Below, piece by piece: positions 22,401-34,672 of a stretch of DNA of 64,000 bases. Both the position numbers and the translations under genes were made by a program. Source of the stretch: Candidatus Bathyarchaeota archaeon (lineage in GTDB: Archaea; Thermoproteota; Bathyarchaeia; Bathyarchaeales; DTEX01); assembly GCA_963714275.1 (NCBI GenBank), contig CAVQNT010000003.1:128001-192000 (forward strand), written 5' to 3'. Below the pieces are notes generated by a model, which searched no databases, was not told the origin of the DNA, and saw nothing but the letters and a program-made list of their open reading frames with translations. How positions within the stretch are numbered: position 1 is the stretch's first letter; each line of letters opens with the position of its first letter.

Positions 22401-23989
22401 CATGGCACCATTCATAGGTGTCAAGATTTCGCCAAAGTCACTGGGAACATTGGATTTACTTTATCCGACGCAGTTGTTCTTAAAGAATGGTCAAGGTTTG
22501 CCTCAAAATGACATTTTCTCAGCACAAGTCGTTGAAGTCCTTAATCAGGTTTTGAAGGACAAATTCGTAATATTGCCTAGGGTCGTTTACTATCCTCAAA
22601 CAATATTCAGATACGGCGTTTATCAGGGAATATCGTCTCAAACTCAGACAAGTTACTTAAGGGCTATTCTGGGAGTGTCACCTGCAGAATCTGTCTTCCA
22701 GCAAAACTTGACATCTGGAAGATTCTTTTTAGAAGACGATTTTCAAACATGCATACTGTCCTCGGCGCAGGCTGAGGCGTTAAATGTAAAGGTAGACGAC
22801 AAGATTAGCACCGGCGAGCTACGAACTAGTTGTCGTAGGAATCTTTAATGAAAGTACCTTCAGACAATTAAAAGAACCGAACGGTATTCAGTTTGGAGTT
22901 CCAGACCCCTCCTATAATTCCTACATTGCTAAAGACATGGCTCAGCCTTTGAATCCTGGAGTTACTATTCCTCTACTTTCATGGGAATTTGTCTTGGTGG
23001 TTCCACAAAGATTTGCTCTTAGCCTCGGAGGGTTTGTCCAATCAATAGTCGCTGTACCCGTGTCGTCCGAGGTTTCAAGCAGTGAAATTCGAATAATCGC
23101 GAGTAATTTAGCTTTAACTCTGGATTTGAACATCTCGTTCGTTATTAACGGCTTAATTTCATCAGCTTCAAGATTACCTTCGTACGTTACTTTCGGGTTC
23201 GAGTCCCTAATGGTTCTTGTTGTCATCGCAGCTCTAAACATTGCTGTAACAATACTTTCGAGCATAAGAGAAAGAAACAGAGAGATTCAAGTTTTCGCAG
23301 TGACAGGATTGACGCCTCTGGGCTCCATGTCCATGTTTATTTTGGAATCGGAGATTTACGCCATCATCGGAGGGTTCCTAGGATACTTCGCCGGTTTTGG
23401 ACTTAATACTGCCTTCCGCAATTTTGGATTGTTGCCCTCGGAGATACCCTTCAATCACATTTCTTCAACCACAATGCTCACAATTGTCATAATTTTGGTG
23501 GTCAGCTTTGTCACGTCTTTGTGGCCATCTTTTTCAGCAGGCAAATCCGTTACACCTTCACTTCTTAGAAAATGGGAGTTCACCACCGAGCCAGGACAAG
23601 ATGATTGGGAAATACCAATACCTTCAAGAGCCTCATCCAAAGAGGAAGCGATAAGCATTCTTAGATTCCTGAAAGAATTTTTTGACGGTGCCGGCAACGT
23701 GGGACACATGTTCATGATTACTGAAACAAAGAACGTGATGGCAGAAGACGCCACGATAAGGTTTGTGATTAGGCAAGCTCCCTACGAACTGTTGATTCTT
23801 TCAGACGTGGAAATTCGATTCGTAGCGGACACTGAGGGATACTCAACACAAGTGTATCTGAAAAGAACATCGGGAGATAGAAAAGCGTGGATCGTCTCAA
23901 GCTACTATTTCGTGGACTCCCTGAGGAAGCAATTATTGCTTTGGAGAAGCCTTGCGGTTGCTGATCGTAGGAAGTTTTTGAATGACTAA
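19482..23989 (+). CDS. Giant membrane protein: signal peptide, PA/M28-peptidase-like ectodomain, TM block and FtsX/MacB-like permease domain (module 1); frameshifts near 19545 and 22830
   Basis: LGSRVTGYEG, TSHYDSWS, GASDATG; later SSIRERNREIQVFAVTGLTP (FtsX motif) and VTPSLLRKW; signal peptide MVMLLLCTIGVTVPLSFG lies in an adjacent frame from 19482; ORFs 19543-22848 and 22937-23989. Confidence 0.78.
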
Positions 23990-25878
23990 ATCTGTGCAGG
24001 AAAATGCATCGTCTCTTAAGCCTGGACTAACTTGGAGAAGCTTTATTGCAATGCTGACAGCAATCCTAATCTTTTTGCCAGCATCCATATATATGAACTT
24101 GACGTCAGGAGCCGGCACTTTAGGCGTAGCAGCATCCTTCGTTATCGCCATCATATTTAGCGAAATAACAAGGTACTTTGGGAACCCTCTTACAAAACAG
24201 GAACTTTTCATTATGTTTTCCGTGGTTTCAGCGGTATCCAGCCTTGTTACGCCCTATTATGGTCTTATTTGGAGAGTCTACTTTTCAACTCATCCCGTGT
24301 TCTCCCACGTAATGCTTTACGGCGAACCCCTGATTAACCTTATTCCTTCATGGTTTGTTCCTAAAGATGCCAGTGTCCTGCAGTTGCGAACCTTTTTTGT
24401 CGCGGAGTGGTTCCAACCAATCGCCATAGTTCTTACAATGGTTATCTTGTCTCTCATCCAATCGGTTTCTATAGCACTGTTCTGCTCTCATCTATTCATA
24501 GACGTTGAAAAGTTAGAGTTTCCATTCGCCAAGATTCAAAGCAGCCTCGTTCAGGTACTGTCTGAGAAGAAAGAGAACCAAATGAGAATCTTTATTTTTT
24601 CAGTAATGATTGGGCTTGTGTTCGGTTTGATTCTTTACGCTCCTCAACTTATCGGCACGCCCATAATTCCTCTTCCCTTCGTGGACCTTACGAGTTTTAC
24701 TCAAGACATCGTTCCGGGTGCCATAATTGGCTTGTCTACCGACATATTGACGTACGCAATGGGCATAGTAATTCCGCTTAATGTCGCTGCGTGCCTCGTC
24801 GTATCCTCCATCTTCGTGTACGTGATAGCGAATAACCTGTTTTTGGTTACTTTCCCGAACGTATTTCCACAATGGGTTCAAGAATACTACCCCGGAATGG
24901 GCATAGCCAGCCTCCAGTATAGGTCAACTCTACGAATATGGCTCCCGTTCCAGTTCGGAATGAGCATGGCTATGGCTATTTTCTACGTTCTCCTTTTGAG
25001 AAAGGAAGTTTTCAAATCCTTTAAGCTCCTAGGAAAAATCAAAAGCGGAACTGAGGATCATCCGTCAATTCCCATAGTTCTGATAATATTCATACTTTCT
25101 TCGTTGGCTTCGGCTGGTCTTTTCTTGTATTTTGTACCTGAATATCCAGCGTGGATAGCTGATTCTACTGTCAACGGGCTACAGCTTTCTGATGGCTTTA
25201 ATTTCATCAAGAGCTTTAGGTGTAGGAGGTATGAGCCCGTCTTTCCCGTACCCGTGGCGCATGATAACACTGTTCACGGATTATAAAGGGCTAGTAGGAT
25301 GGGACTTCCAACCTGCCATAGAAACAGGGGGATCAGCAGGCATAGTTCAGTCGATGAAAATAGCCTATCTGACTGAGACGAAACCTATGGATTACATAAA
25401 AATGTTCATCATAGGTAACATCGTGGCGCTTCTGTTAAGCGTAATATTCTACGATTTCTTCTGGAGAATGACGCCTATCCCGTCCACCGCCTATCCTTAC
25501 ACGTTAATGTATTGGCCTCAAAGCATGTTAGAGCTTCTAATGTACGCAACTAGGCAGATACAGATCCCTCCAGAAAGAATCGGCATAGGCATGGGAATCT
25601 CGATGCTATTATTAGCAGTCGAGTTTGGCTTAAACAGAATCAGCGTTCCATTCTCAGCCATCGGGTTACTTCTTGGAGCCTTCCAGATACCGCCAGCAGC
25701 CCTAGCCATATTCGTAGGCTCACTCATCAGTGACGTAATAATCGTCAGAATAATACCTGACTGGAAAGACCTTAAATTTATGGCGATGGCAGGTCTGATG
25801 GCTGGTGTAAGCATTAGTGCAGGCTTAGGAGTGTCCGTGTCCATTATTCTTAAATCGTCATGGATATGGTCATGGTAA
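23982..25878 (+). CDS. Polytopic membrane protein, OPT-like (module 1, subunit B); frameshift near 25170
   Basis: GLTWRS, LFIDVEKLEFP, FFWRMTPIPSTAYPY; ORFs 23982-25286 and 25192-25878; start overlaps the upstream stop. Confidence 0.72.
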
Positions 25879-25939
25879 AATCCTATAAAATAGACAATCT
25901 TATGTTCAGTCATTGTACTGTAGAAGGATATGATGCTAT

Positions 25940-26966
25940 ATGATGGTCTCTGAAGAATATGATAAAGAAATGAAAAGAGTACTTTTCGTTGTCATAGACC
26001 AGCTTGCTGGTCATTGGGCTAAAGGGGTCAGCGTCGCCAAAGACATGCCGCCAGTTAACGTTTGGGGCTACCACGAGAAAGGCTTGACTCCAAACTTTTC
26101 ATACATCATCAAAAACGGAATCTTTGCTTTCGCGTGGAACCGAGGAACCTGTGACACTCCGCATGGAATGAAGTATCTCGCGACGGGAAGCTGACAATGT
26201 GGAGCCTTTCTGGAAATCCCTGAAGAACCAGTCATATTATGCTAGGAAAGACTCAGACCCTATAGGTTTGTTCGAATATGCCAAACACTACAATCCTGAG
26301 GGCATTACGTCTGCTTGTTTCACAACCGATAATTGGGCGGCTCCGGGTTACTTTTTCACTGCTGCCGACACGCACGCTTTAACGTCTTATTTTCCTGATG
26401 AGACGATGTGGAGAGAGTTTGCGTTAACGTACTTGAGAAGAAAGAAGAATTGGAACCTTGCCCACGTTTATTTCCCGACCAACGACATTGTTTCTAACTG
26501 TCCGTCTTACGCGTTTTGGAATCCTCATGTTCGCTCATCAAAACATTCGTACATACAATATCTGGATAGCCTTCTAGGAGAAATCGTCGAGTTCCTAAAA
26601 TTCAACGAACTGTGGGACAAAACCTACTTAATATTGGCGTCTGACCACGGTTTTCACGCTGCTTGCTCAGCTGCAAGAAACGTCGGCAAAATGATAGGCA
26701 TTAATTCGCCTAACTGGTGTTGTGACCATCTTCCGCCGTATGACTGCGAAATCTGGGACTACGAAAATGACCATTCGAAAGGCGAATATTCTGGGTGTGC
26801 CAGAAGAGTTTTGTCCATCGTTTCAGGGGGAGCTCTCGAAAAATCCCTTCAAGGCAAAGTCATAAATGAATCAGAAATAATTGACGTCGCACCGACAATA
26901 GCGGACATCCTCAAAATTCCCTATAAATGCGAGGGAAAATCCCTATTTGAAAAATTAAAGCGTTGA
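25940..26966 (+). CDS. Alkaline-phosphatase-superfamily protein, split near 26195
   Basis: VLFVVIDQL, LILASDHG, IIDVAPTIADIL...EGKSL. Confidence 0.75.
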
Positions 26967-27064
26967 AGTATCTTAGAAAATTTTTATGTGCATTAATGGA
27001 TTTGCAATAAAACCTTAAGAAAGAAAGCTCGAAGTTGTAAATGTTCGTGAGGTTGGTCAGAAAG

Positions 27065-29743
27065 ATGTCGGATGTGCAGTCTATCGTCGTGTCGCACACT
27101 CACTGGGACCGCGAGTGGTACATGCCTTTTCAAGAGTACAGAATATGGCTTGTGGAATTCATGGACGACCTGTTAAGGGTGTTCGACCAGAAACCGGGCT
27201 ACAAATGTTTCACACTAGACGGTCAAACGTCTGTAATCAACGACTATCTGGAGGTGCGTCCAGAAAAAACTGAAAGATTAAAGAAACTGGTTGCTGAAGG
27301 AAAAATTTTTGTCGGTCCATGGTACACGCAGCCTGATGAGTGGCTTGTCAGTTCAGAGTCGCTTATTCGGAACTTGATGCTTGGTCACAGAGTTGGGCAA
27401 CAATTTGGCAACGTCTTGAAGGTTGGGTACGTCCCTGACAATTTCGGTCACCCTTCGCAGCTTCCCCAAATTTTCCGAGGGTTCGAAATTGACAACTTCG
27501 TTTTCATGAGAGGAATGGGAAACGAAGGGGATAAACTGAAAACCGAGTTTATCTGGCAGGCTCCGAACGGTTCAAAAGTCATCGCCATGCACCTGATCGA
27601 TTCTTACGTTAACGCGGCGTTGTTAGGCCTTCCGCCATCTATGCAGGACAGATTCGTCAGACTTTGGGAGGGACCAAGCGGGTCTCTGACGTATCCAAGA
27701 TCGTTCAGTGATATACTGGACAAATTCGATTGTGAGACTCTTGTTGACAAAGTCAAACGATTGGCAGAGGTGTTATCGCTTAAATCGGTTTCGGGTAAGC
27801 TGTTGTTCATGAATGGCTATGATCATGCACACGCGCAACCGGGAATAGTTGACGCCATAGAATTTGTCAATAAACAAGACATGGGCATCAAGCTAATCCA
27901 GGGAGGACTGGAGGACTACATAAACCCATTGCGTTCAATGATGGGGAAGATGCAGACTTATACAGGGGAGTTTTGGGGAGCCAAGTACCATTACCTTTTG
28001 CCGGGCGTGCTTTCTACTCGCATGTACCTTAAACAGCAGAATCGGCAGGCTGAGATTCTTTTAGAGAGCTACGCTGAACCTTTGTCGTGCTATGCGGTTC
28101 TCTTCGGGTATGAGTATCCAAGGAGTCTTCTTTCGTTGGCGTGGAAACTTCTGCTTCTGAATCAGGCTCACGACAGCATTCACGGCAGCAGCGTTGACGC
28201 GGTTCACGTGGAGATGGAGGCGCGGTACCAACAGGCAATCCAGATTGCTAACGCAGTTACGTATGACGCATTAAGGTACATAGCCAGCAAGGTTGAGAAT
28301 TTTTCGGACACTGATACCTTAAGGGTGGTCGTTTATAACCCGTCAAACTGGGCACGCAGCGACATAGTAAAGCTTTGGGTCGACCTTTCAACAGGCAACT
28401 ATGTAGCCATGGATAAAGAAGGAGACGCTGCGCCCATTCAATTCCTTAAAGAAGAAAACACGAGATTCCCAAAAGAGACCTTTTCACACATATCATTCTT
28501 CGCCAAGGATGTACCTCCTAATGGCTTCAGGGAATTTGCGGTTGTAGAAGCTGAAAAAACTGAACGGAAAAAAGCACAATCAGCTTTGAGAGCAGGTTCC
28601 CACTTGTTAGAGAATGAGTTCTTCCGAGTAGTTGCTGATGTTGATGAAGGCGGTTCTCTAACGGTAACTGATAAACGCAACAATGTCGCGTATAAAGGCT
28701 TTAACTTGTTCGTTGACGAGGGAGACCACGGCGACGTGTGGGATTATTCGCCTCCTAAAGGCGGAGACAAAGTTGTCACAAGCAAAAACAGACGTGCACA
28801 AATAGAGACTGTTGAGAAGGGACCTGTTTCCGCTACTTTAAAGGTTAGCCTAGTTTTGGATGTGCCTAAAAAGACTGAAGGAGATAGGCGCAGCAGCGAG
28901 ACGGCGGAAGTTCCCATAACGTCCTATGTTTCGTTACATTCAGGCGTTCCCAGAATAGACATAAAAACAGTTGTGGACAACACAGCCGAGGACCACAGGC
29001 TCAGGGTAAAGTTTCCAACTGGCATACGAACGTCTTCAGTGAACTCTGACGGACTGTTTGTCGTCAACGAAAGACCCGTGAAAAACGACGTAAAAGGCGA
29101 AAATTGGAAGCAACCCCCTCCGACGACGTTTCCGCAAATGTTCTGGCTTGAAGTTCACGACGACGAAAAAGGCATCACCGTAGCCAACAATGGACTGCCC
29201 GAATATGAATGCAGAGAAGAAGACGGAGTCAGCGTCTACATTACTTTGATGAGATGCGTGGGATCCCTAAGTAAAGAAGACCTATTAACCCGAAAAGGAC
29301 ACGCAGGACCGCCGCTTCAAGTGCCCGGAGCGCAGTGCCATCGACTGCACGCCTTTGAATACTCAATAATTCCACACATGGGAGATTGGGTTAAATCAAG
29401 GTCGTATCAGCAGGCAAAGAACTTCGTTAATCCGCTTGCTAGCTGGAGCGTTAAAGGCGAAGGTGGGACCATTCCGGTTGACGACGGGTTCGTTAAGATT
29501 GGGCCTGACAATCTGGTTGTCACCGCCATTAAACGGGCTGAAGATGACTGTTCCACCATACTCAGATTCTATGAAGTTGCGGGTAAACCATGTACTGCCC
29601 AAATCGAATTTAAAAAAGGTTTCCGCGAAGCGTGGTTAACTAACCTTAACGAGGAAGACAAGCGACGTGTGGAAATAAAAAACGGAAAAATCAAAATCCC
29701 CGTAGCAGCATTCGAAATAATTTCTTTGAAGCTTAAGACATAA
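27065..29743 (+). CDS. GH38 alpha-mannosidase (MngB-like), intact
   Basis: VSHTHWDREWY, LDGQT, GPWYTQPDE, YVPDNFGH, NQAHDSIHGSSVD, GLPEYE. Confidence 0.92.
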   Translation: MSDVQSIVVSHTHWDREWYMPFQEYRIWLVEFMDDLLRVFDQKPGYKCFTLDGQTSVINDYLEVRPEKTERLKKLVAEGKIFVGPWYTQPDEWLVSSESLIRNLMLGHRVGQQFGNVLKVGYVPDNFGHPSQLPQIFRGFEIDNFVFMRGMGNEGDKLKTEFIWQAPNGSKVIAMHLIDSYVNAALLGLPPSMQDRFVRLWEGPSGSLTYPRSFSDILDKFDCETLVDKVKRLAEVLSLKSVSGKLLFMNGYDHAHAQPGIVDAIEFVNKQDMGIKLIQGGLEDYINPLRSMMGKMQTYTGEFWGAKYHYLLPGVLSTRMYLKQQNRQAEILLESYAEPLSCYAVLFGYEYPRSLLSLAWKLLLLNQAHDSIHGSSVDAVHVEMEARYQQAIQIANAVTYDALRYIASKVENFSDTDTLRVVVYNPSNWARSDIVKLWVDLSTGNYVAMDKEGDAAPIQFLKEENTRFPKETFSHISFFAKDVPPNGFREFAVVEAEKTERKKAQSALRAGSHLLENEFFRVVADVDEGGSLTVTDKRNNVAYKGFNLFVDEGDHGDVWDYSPPKGGDKVVTSKNRRAQIETVEKGPVSATLKVSLVLDVPKKTEGDRRSSETAEVPITSYVSLHSGVPRIDIKTVVDNTAEDHRLRVKFPTGIRTSSVNSDGLFVVNERPVKNDVKGENWKQPPPTTFPQMFWLEVHDDEKGITVANNGLPEYECREEDGVSVYITLMRCVGSLSKEDLLTRKGHAGPPLQVPGAQCHRLHAFEYSIIPHMGDWVKSRSYQQAKNFVNPLASWSVKGEGGTIPVDDGFVKIGPDNLVVTAIKRAEDDCSTILRFYEVAGKPCTAQIEFKKGFREAWLTNLNEEDKRRVEIKNGKIKIPVAAFEIISLKLKT

Positions 29744-29795
29744 TAAAAAATTATTTTTGTATTGCTAAGATTTTTTGTTTTTCTCTTTTTTTGAA

Positions 29796-30531
29796 TTAGT
29801 AATGTCGTTTCTTTATTGCCTCAGTTATTGCTGTTTTTGTTGAAACGCCGATTAATTCGCTCATTTTGGTGTGTCCGCCCGTTATCCGCAGCGGCTTCCC
29901 AACCATTTTTCCCGAAGCCACAATGATGTTATCGGTTCCTGTACCAGTCGCCTGATTCTGTGGGGTATATGTGCTTCTGACATTCAAGTCTTGAAGGACG
30001 GCAGTTTTTGCTTCTGTAGCGGTAATAATTGCACGAGCCAACGATCCGTCGCTTAGAGGAGCATTGGTTAAGAGAAGCGTGTTGATTGTTCCAACCGTTT
30101 TTTCATACTTTCCGTCCCTTTCCACCCAGTTTGTTTCGTCCACTCCTGTCCTCATAGCGTTGCCTTTTACTCCAGCGGTTGCCAAACAGCACACCGTGAA
30201 CTCCTGATAGGATTTTTCGCAGACAGCCACGTTGTCCATGTCGACTCCTGTGCCCAAAAAAGTGATTTCACCAGCTGGGATCCCTGAGAGCTAAGGTAGG
30301 GAAACTGTCTTCGAACTCTTGATAATCTTTCATCGCGTACTCCGATACGGGATACGGGATGTAAGCGTTGGCTACATATTTTACGTCTCTAAATCCATCT
30401 AAAGTTGAGAGGACCCTGCGTTTTTCTTCAAAGGAGACGAGTAGGGTGTTCTGCTTTACCCCTTTGAAAGTGTGGTAAATCACCTTTGCCTTTGTCCCTT
30501 CCAGCTTTAACGTGATTTCTTTTTCGTTCAT
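29796..30531 (-). CDS. cbiZ: Adenosylcobinamide amidohydrolase CbiZ, frameshift near 30280
   Basis: TGVDMDN, ATAGVKGNA, GTINT, TATEAKTAVLQDL, ATGTGTD, GGHTK. Confidence 0.82.
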
Positions 30532-30548
30532 ATCATGTCTCTCCTTTT

Positions 30549-31821
30549 CTAGTTGGATCCACCCAAAGTATCTGGAATCCTAGATAAAATGGGGATTACG
30601 ACAAGCATCTCGATGAAGACGGGAAGGAGGATAACCAGTTCCATCATTCCCATTTGCCACAAGAAACCGCCCAACATGAATGCTGGAATCGTAATAAGTG
30701 TGTTAAATATACCAGTGAATCCGAACCATCTTCCCCTCTTCTCCGCTGGAACTAACTCCCAGTACATTGTCATGAAGGGAATATAGCTGAGAATGCCTAT
30801 GCCTTCCATTAGTCCCATTGCGCCCAGAACCCCTGCTATGATGAGAAAATTCGGTGCGGGCGCAAAAATTAAAATCAAGGTGCCCAAGTACGAGACAGGG
30901 CGTAGAACATAATATGCCTTTTTTCGCCCAATCTTGTCGGCTAGTCTTCCTATTGGCATCTGTAACAAAGTGGATATTCCCATGCTCAAGGTGCTCATGG
31001 TTCCGAGGATGTAAGGGTCTGCTCCTTTCACGTTCACCATCCAGAGGGGAACGTATGTTACGGATAGACTCGACGCAAAATACCACAGGCTCATTACAAT
31101 CGTCCATTTTTTTAGTCCTTTTTCGCCCTTGAATAATTCTTTAAAGCCTTCAATTAGGTTCATGCCCTTGGATTTTTTATTTACTACAGGCTGATCACGG
31201 GGGCTTTTCATCATGAAAGCCACAAACAGAATAATTATGAGGGTCAAAACCATCTGAATTGTGTACAATGGACGGATGCCTTGAGCCGATATTCCGCCAA
31301 ACGTGATTACAATCACGGATGCTATGATGGGTGTGAAAATGCTTGGTATGGTACCGATTGTCCGCGCGAAGCCTATCGATTGGGCTCTTTTTTCAGGCTT
31401 GATCGACTCAATCAGTACCATGTCAGGAAGAGAATAGACCATGTTGAAGCTGAATCTGGTAAATTATCATTGCTGGAATAAGCATCAACCAGCTGGAAGC
31501 ATTACCATAAATTCCTGAGACAAAAACGGATAAAATTAAACCCAAGATAATAGCCCGTTTTATGCCGTGCCTATCAATAAACCATCCCATGGGAGCCGAA
31601 ATTGCGCAATAGACCAGTTGGCCAATGCTGTATAATGACCCCATCTGAAGCGCATCTGCTCCTAAGGCTGCGACATAAAGCTGGACGTACTTGGATGGAA
31701 GGCCACCTGAAAAGTTGTAAAGCCCAATAGTAGCAAGCATGACTTTGGACCTTCTGTCAAAAGTTTTTATGAATCCGGAGACAGCTTCTTTTACGCCAAT
31801 TTTCATCCCGAAACCATCCAT
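30549..31821 (-). CDS. MFS transporter, frameshift near 31440
   Basis: MFS motif A twice (GWFIDRHGIKR, GRLADKIGRKK); about 12 TM helices across two ORFs. Confidence 0.85.
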
Positions 31822-32001
31822 GTTGAGTATAGTATTATGGTGTTATATTTTGGGCTGATGAATAATTGCGTATTATAAATATAAATATTATTGGGCTGTC
31901 CGTGATAATTTTTGCTGAAAAATTTTTATGCGATATACAGTTGCGTGCAGGAAAATATGAACACTTTAAAGATTAATACTTCATAGATAGATGCGTCAGG
32001 T

Positions 32002-32973
32002 TTGGTGACTATGATGAAAGTTTCCGTTTGGAGCGGTAACCTTTCGGACTCCTACCTTAAATTGGTAACACATCTAGGAGCGGACTGCATTGACTTTAAC
32101 CGAGGAACCGATCTTACCAGCGACAAAAAGAAGGGTTACCCAGACCTTGAGAATGTTCTAAAGATAAAGGAGAGAATCCGCTCCTTTGGGTTAGAAGTGA
32201 ACCGCGTAACCTTGCCAGACATAACGGAAAAGTTCATGAAGAACCAGAAGGGCGGAGACGACGAGCTCGACAATACGTGCCGAGCTTTGAAGGCTTTTGG
32301 CGAAGCTGAGGTTCCACTGGCAAGGCAACGGTTCGCAGGTGAAACCGTCGAATGGGCTTTAACCCATTATAGATCTGTGCATCGAGGTGGATATTTTTCT
32401 CGTGGAGAAAGGTTCGATTCAAGCAGGCTTCAACAGGAAGCCTTAACGAAAGAAGAAACAGAAGACTGGTGGCGTCGCTTCCACCTTGTCTACGAACGCC
32501 TGGTTCCAATCGCAGAAGAACATAACGTCAAACTTGCCATTCACCCGTCTGACCCGCCTTTGCCGGGTGCACCTTTAGACACTTCAGGATTCAACCGCGT
32601 CATTAAGGAGTTTCCTAGCAGAGTCGTAGGCTACATTTATTGTTGTGGAACCAGAGGAGAAGCAGGCGGCTTACCATTGGTTCTGAATGAGATACGCAAC
32701 TATGGCCGCGAGGGTCGCATCTTTCAAGTTCACTTCCGTAACATCAAAGGCAACTTACCCTCATCAAGCGGGTTTGAGGAGACGCTTCTCGACGACGGAA
32801 ACATGAGCATGTTCAGAATCCTCCAAGCGTTAAAGGAAGCTAATTTTGACGGCTGCCTTAACCCAGACCACATTCCAACAGTTGAAGGAGACGGAAAACA
32901 GGTGCACCACGGACTTGCCTACTCAGTCGGATACATCAAAGCCCAAATAGCAGCATTAGAAGCCATGAAATAA
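32002..32973 (+). CDS. uxuA: Mannonate dehydratase family (UxuA-like)
   Basis: VPIAEEHNVKLAIHPSDPP, CCGT, QVHFRNI, FEETLLDDG, PDHIP, AYSVGYIKA. Confidence 0.8.
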   Translation: MVTMMKVSVWSGNLSDSYLKLVTHLGADCIDFNRGTDLTSDKKKGYPDLENVLKIKERIRSFGLEVNRVTLPDITEKFMKNQKGGDDELDNTCRALKAFGEAEVPLARQRFAGETVEWALTHYRSVHRGGYFSRGERFDSSRLQQEALTKEETEDWWRRFHLVYERLVPIAEEHNVKLAIHPSDPPLPGAPLDTSGFNRVIKEFPSRVVGYIYCCGTRGEAGGLPLVLNEIRNYGREGRIFQVHFRNIKGNLPSSSGFEETLLDDGNMSMFRILQALKEANFDGCLNPDHIPTVEGDGKQVHHGLAYSVGYIKAQIAALEAMK

Positions 32974-33238
32974 ACAATCTTTCCAGAACAAAGAATTGTC
33001 AGTGTTTGCGCCCCAAAACAACAGAAATATTGCGCCGCAAATCAGACAGGTCTTCAACATCGACGGCTATTAATATGCAAACGGAAAATCCTATTGTCAC
33101 ACAAAACAGACAGCCTCCCGAAAACAGCAAATGATGTTCAAACAGCAAAAACTGTTGATGAACAAATCAGATAGTAGAAACTTGGGTTTTTATCGTATGG
33201 AAAATCCACAAAAAAATGTAATAGGTTTCTGAAGCTTT

Positions 33239-34672
33239 TTATAATGACGTGAAACTGGACACGTTGTCCATGACGGTGCTGATTCTGCTTAGGCTGTCAA
33301 AGACCACGTTAAGCCGATACGTGCTTTTCAGTGTGAGCTGAATCTGCCTCATTACGAAACGGGGAGACCAAAGAAAACTTTGGTAAAAATCACGCACCAT
33401 CTCCCTCATCTCGTTAAGAGACACAGCGTTGGGATAAACGTCTGAAACGCCGACTCCTCTCTCCCAATACTTGTCTTCGTCTATGAGACCCTTCTCCTTG
33501 AACTCCTGCCAAATATTGTCACCAGGAAAAGCGCCCAAAACGTTGATTTGGGGAATGTCGAGATTCAACCCTTTCACGAAATTGAGGGTCTTTTGAATGT
33601 CCGCCTTCGTTTCGTTAGGAGCGCCAATAATGAACGAGCCAACTATGAGGTCCATTCCCGCCTTCCTCGCCTTCTTCACGGCTTCCATGGACTGCTGCAG
33701 AGTCGTCCGCTTATTGTAATAGTCAAGAACCTTCTGGATACCGCTTTCAATCCCGAAATACATCATTCGGCAACCCGCCTTTACCATCCCCCGAAACATG
33801 TCATAAGAAGACTGGTCAACCCTTCCCTCGCATATCCATTCCACGTCGATTTTTTCCTTCCTTATCCTCCGGCAAAGCTCCACCACCCTTTTACGGTTCA
33901 AAGTGAAGTTGTCGTCAACAAACATTATTTGCTTGTAACCCTCGCTGGCTAAAAGGTGAAGCTCCTCCAAAACGTTTTCGACAGACCTTGCCCTCCAGAT
34001 GCTATGGGCGATGCTGGAGCAGCAACAGAAACGGCACTTGAACATGCACCCTCGGGAAGAAAGGAAACTGGTAAACTTCTTTGGCGCCACGTTAATCCCG
34101 ACGGTCGTGTTGTGGTACTCGTTGTCCAAAAGGCTCCGTTCGGGAAAAGGTAACGAATCAACGTCCTTTATCAATGGCCTGTCCGGGTTCGAAACAACAC
34201 GATTGTTGTGTCTAAAGGTGACCCCCCAAACATCTTTGAGATTCCTTTTTTCCTTAAGACGAGTCACAAGTTCAAGGCAGGTTTGCTCGCCCTCGCCCCT
34301 AACGACAACATTCACGAAAGGGTACTTCCTGAGAATCCTTTCAGCATTAAAGGTCGCATGATGGTTCCCGAAAACAACGACGATGTCAGGATTCGCCTTT
34401 TTGGCTTCCTCCGCGATTTTAGGCGCCGTCAAACTGGAACTAACAAGCACGGACAAGCCGAGGACATCAGGATCTTCTTTTTTGACCCAATCAACAACCC
34501 TCTTAACGGAGATTTTTTCAGCCGCATGATCTAACACGGACGCCTCTATTCCCCTGCTTCTCAGCGTCGAGGCTAAATATAAAATCCCAAGGGGAGGACA
34601 CGCAGCAGTCATGGTGTTCTCGCCCTCTAGAAGAGACCCGTTAGGGCCAGGATTTACGAAAGTAACTTTCAT
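33239..34672 (-). CDS. Cobalamin-binding radical SAM protein
   Basis: PPLGILYLAS, GNHHAT, RGEGE, SRGCMFKCRFC (CxxxCxxC), FVDDNF, FGIESG. Confidence 0.9.
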   Translation of the reverse strand: MKVTFVNPGPNGSLLEGENTMTAACPPLGILYLASTLRSRGIEASVLDHAAEKISVKRVVDWVKKEDPDVLGLSVLVSSSLTAPKIAEEAKKANPDIVVVFGNHHATFNAERILRKYPFVNVVVRGEGEQTCLELVTRLKEKRNLKDVWGVTFRHNNRVVSNPDRPLIKDVDSLPFPERSLLDNEYHNTTVGINVAPKKFTSFLSSRGCMFKCRFCCCSSIAHSIWRARSVENVLEELHLLASEGYKQIMFVDDNFTLNRKRVVELCRRIRKEKIDVEWICEGRVDQSSYDMFRGMVKAGCRMMYFGIESGIQKVLDYYNKRTTLQQSMEAVKKARKAGMDLIVGSFIIGAPNETKADIQKTLNFVKGLNLDIPQINVLGAFPGDNIWQEFKEKGLIDEDKYWERGVGVSDVYPNAVSLNEMREMVRDFYQSFLWSPRFVMRQIQLTLKSTYRLNVVFDSLSRISTVMDNVSSFTSL

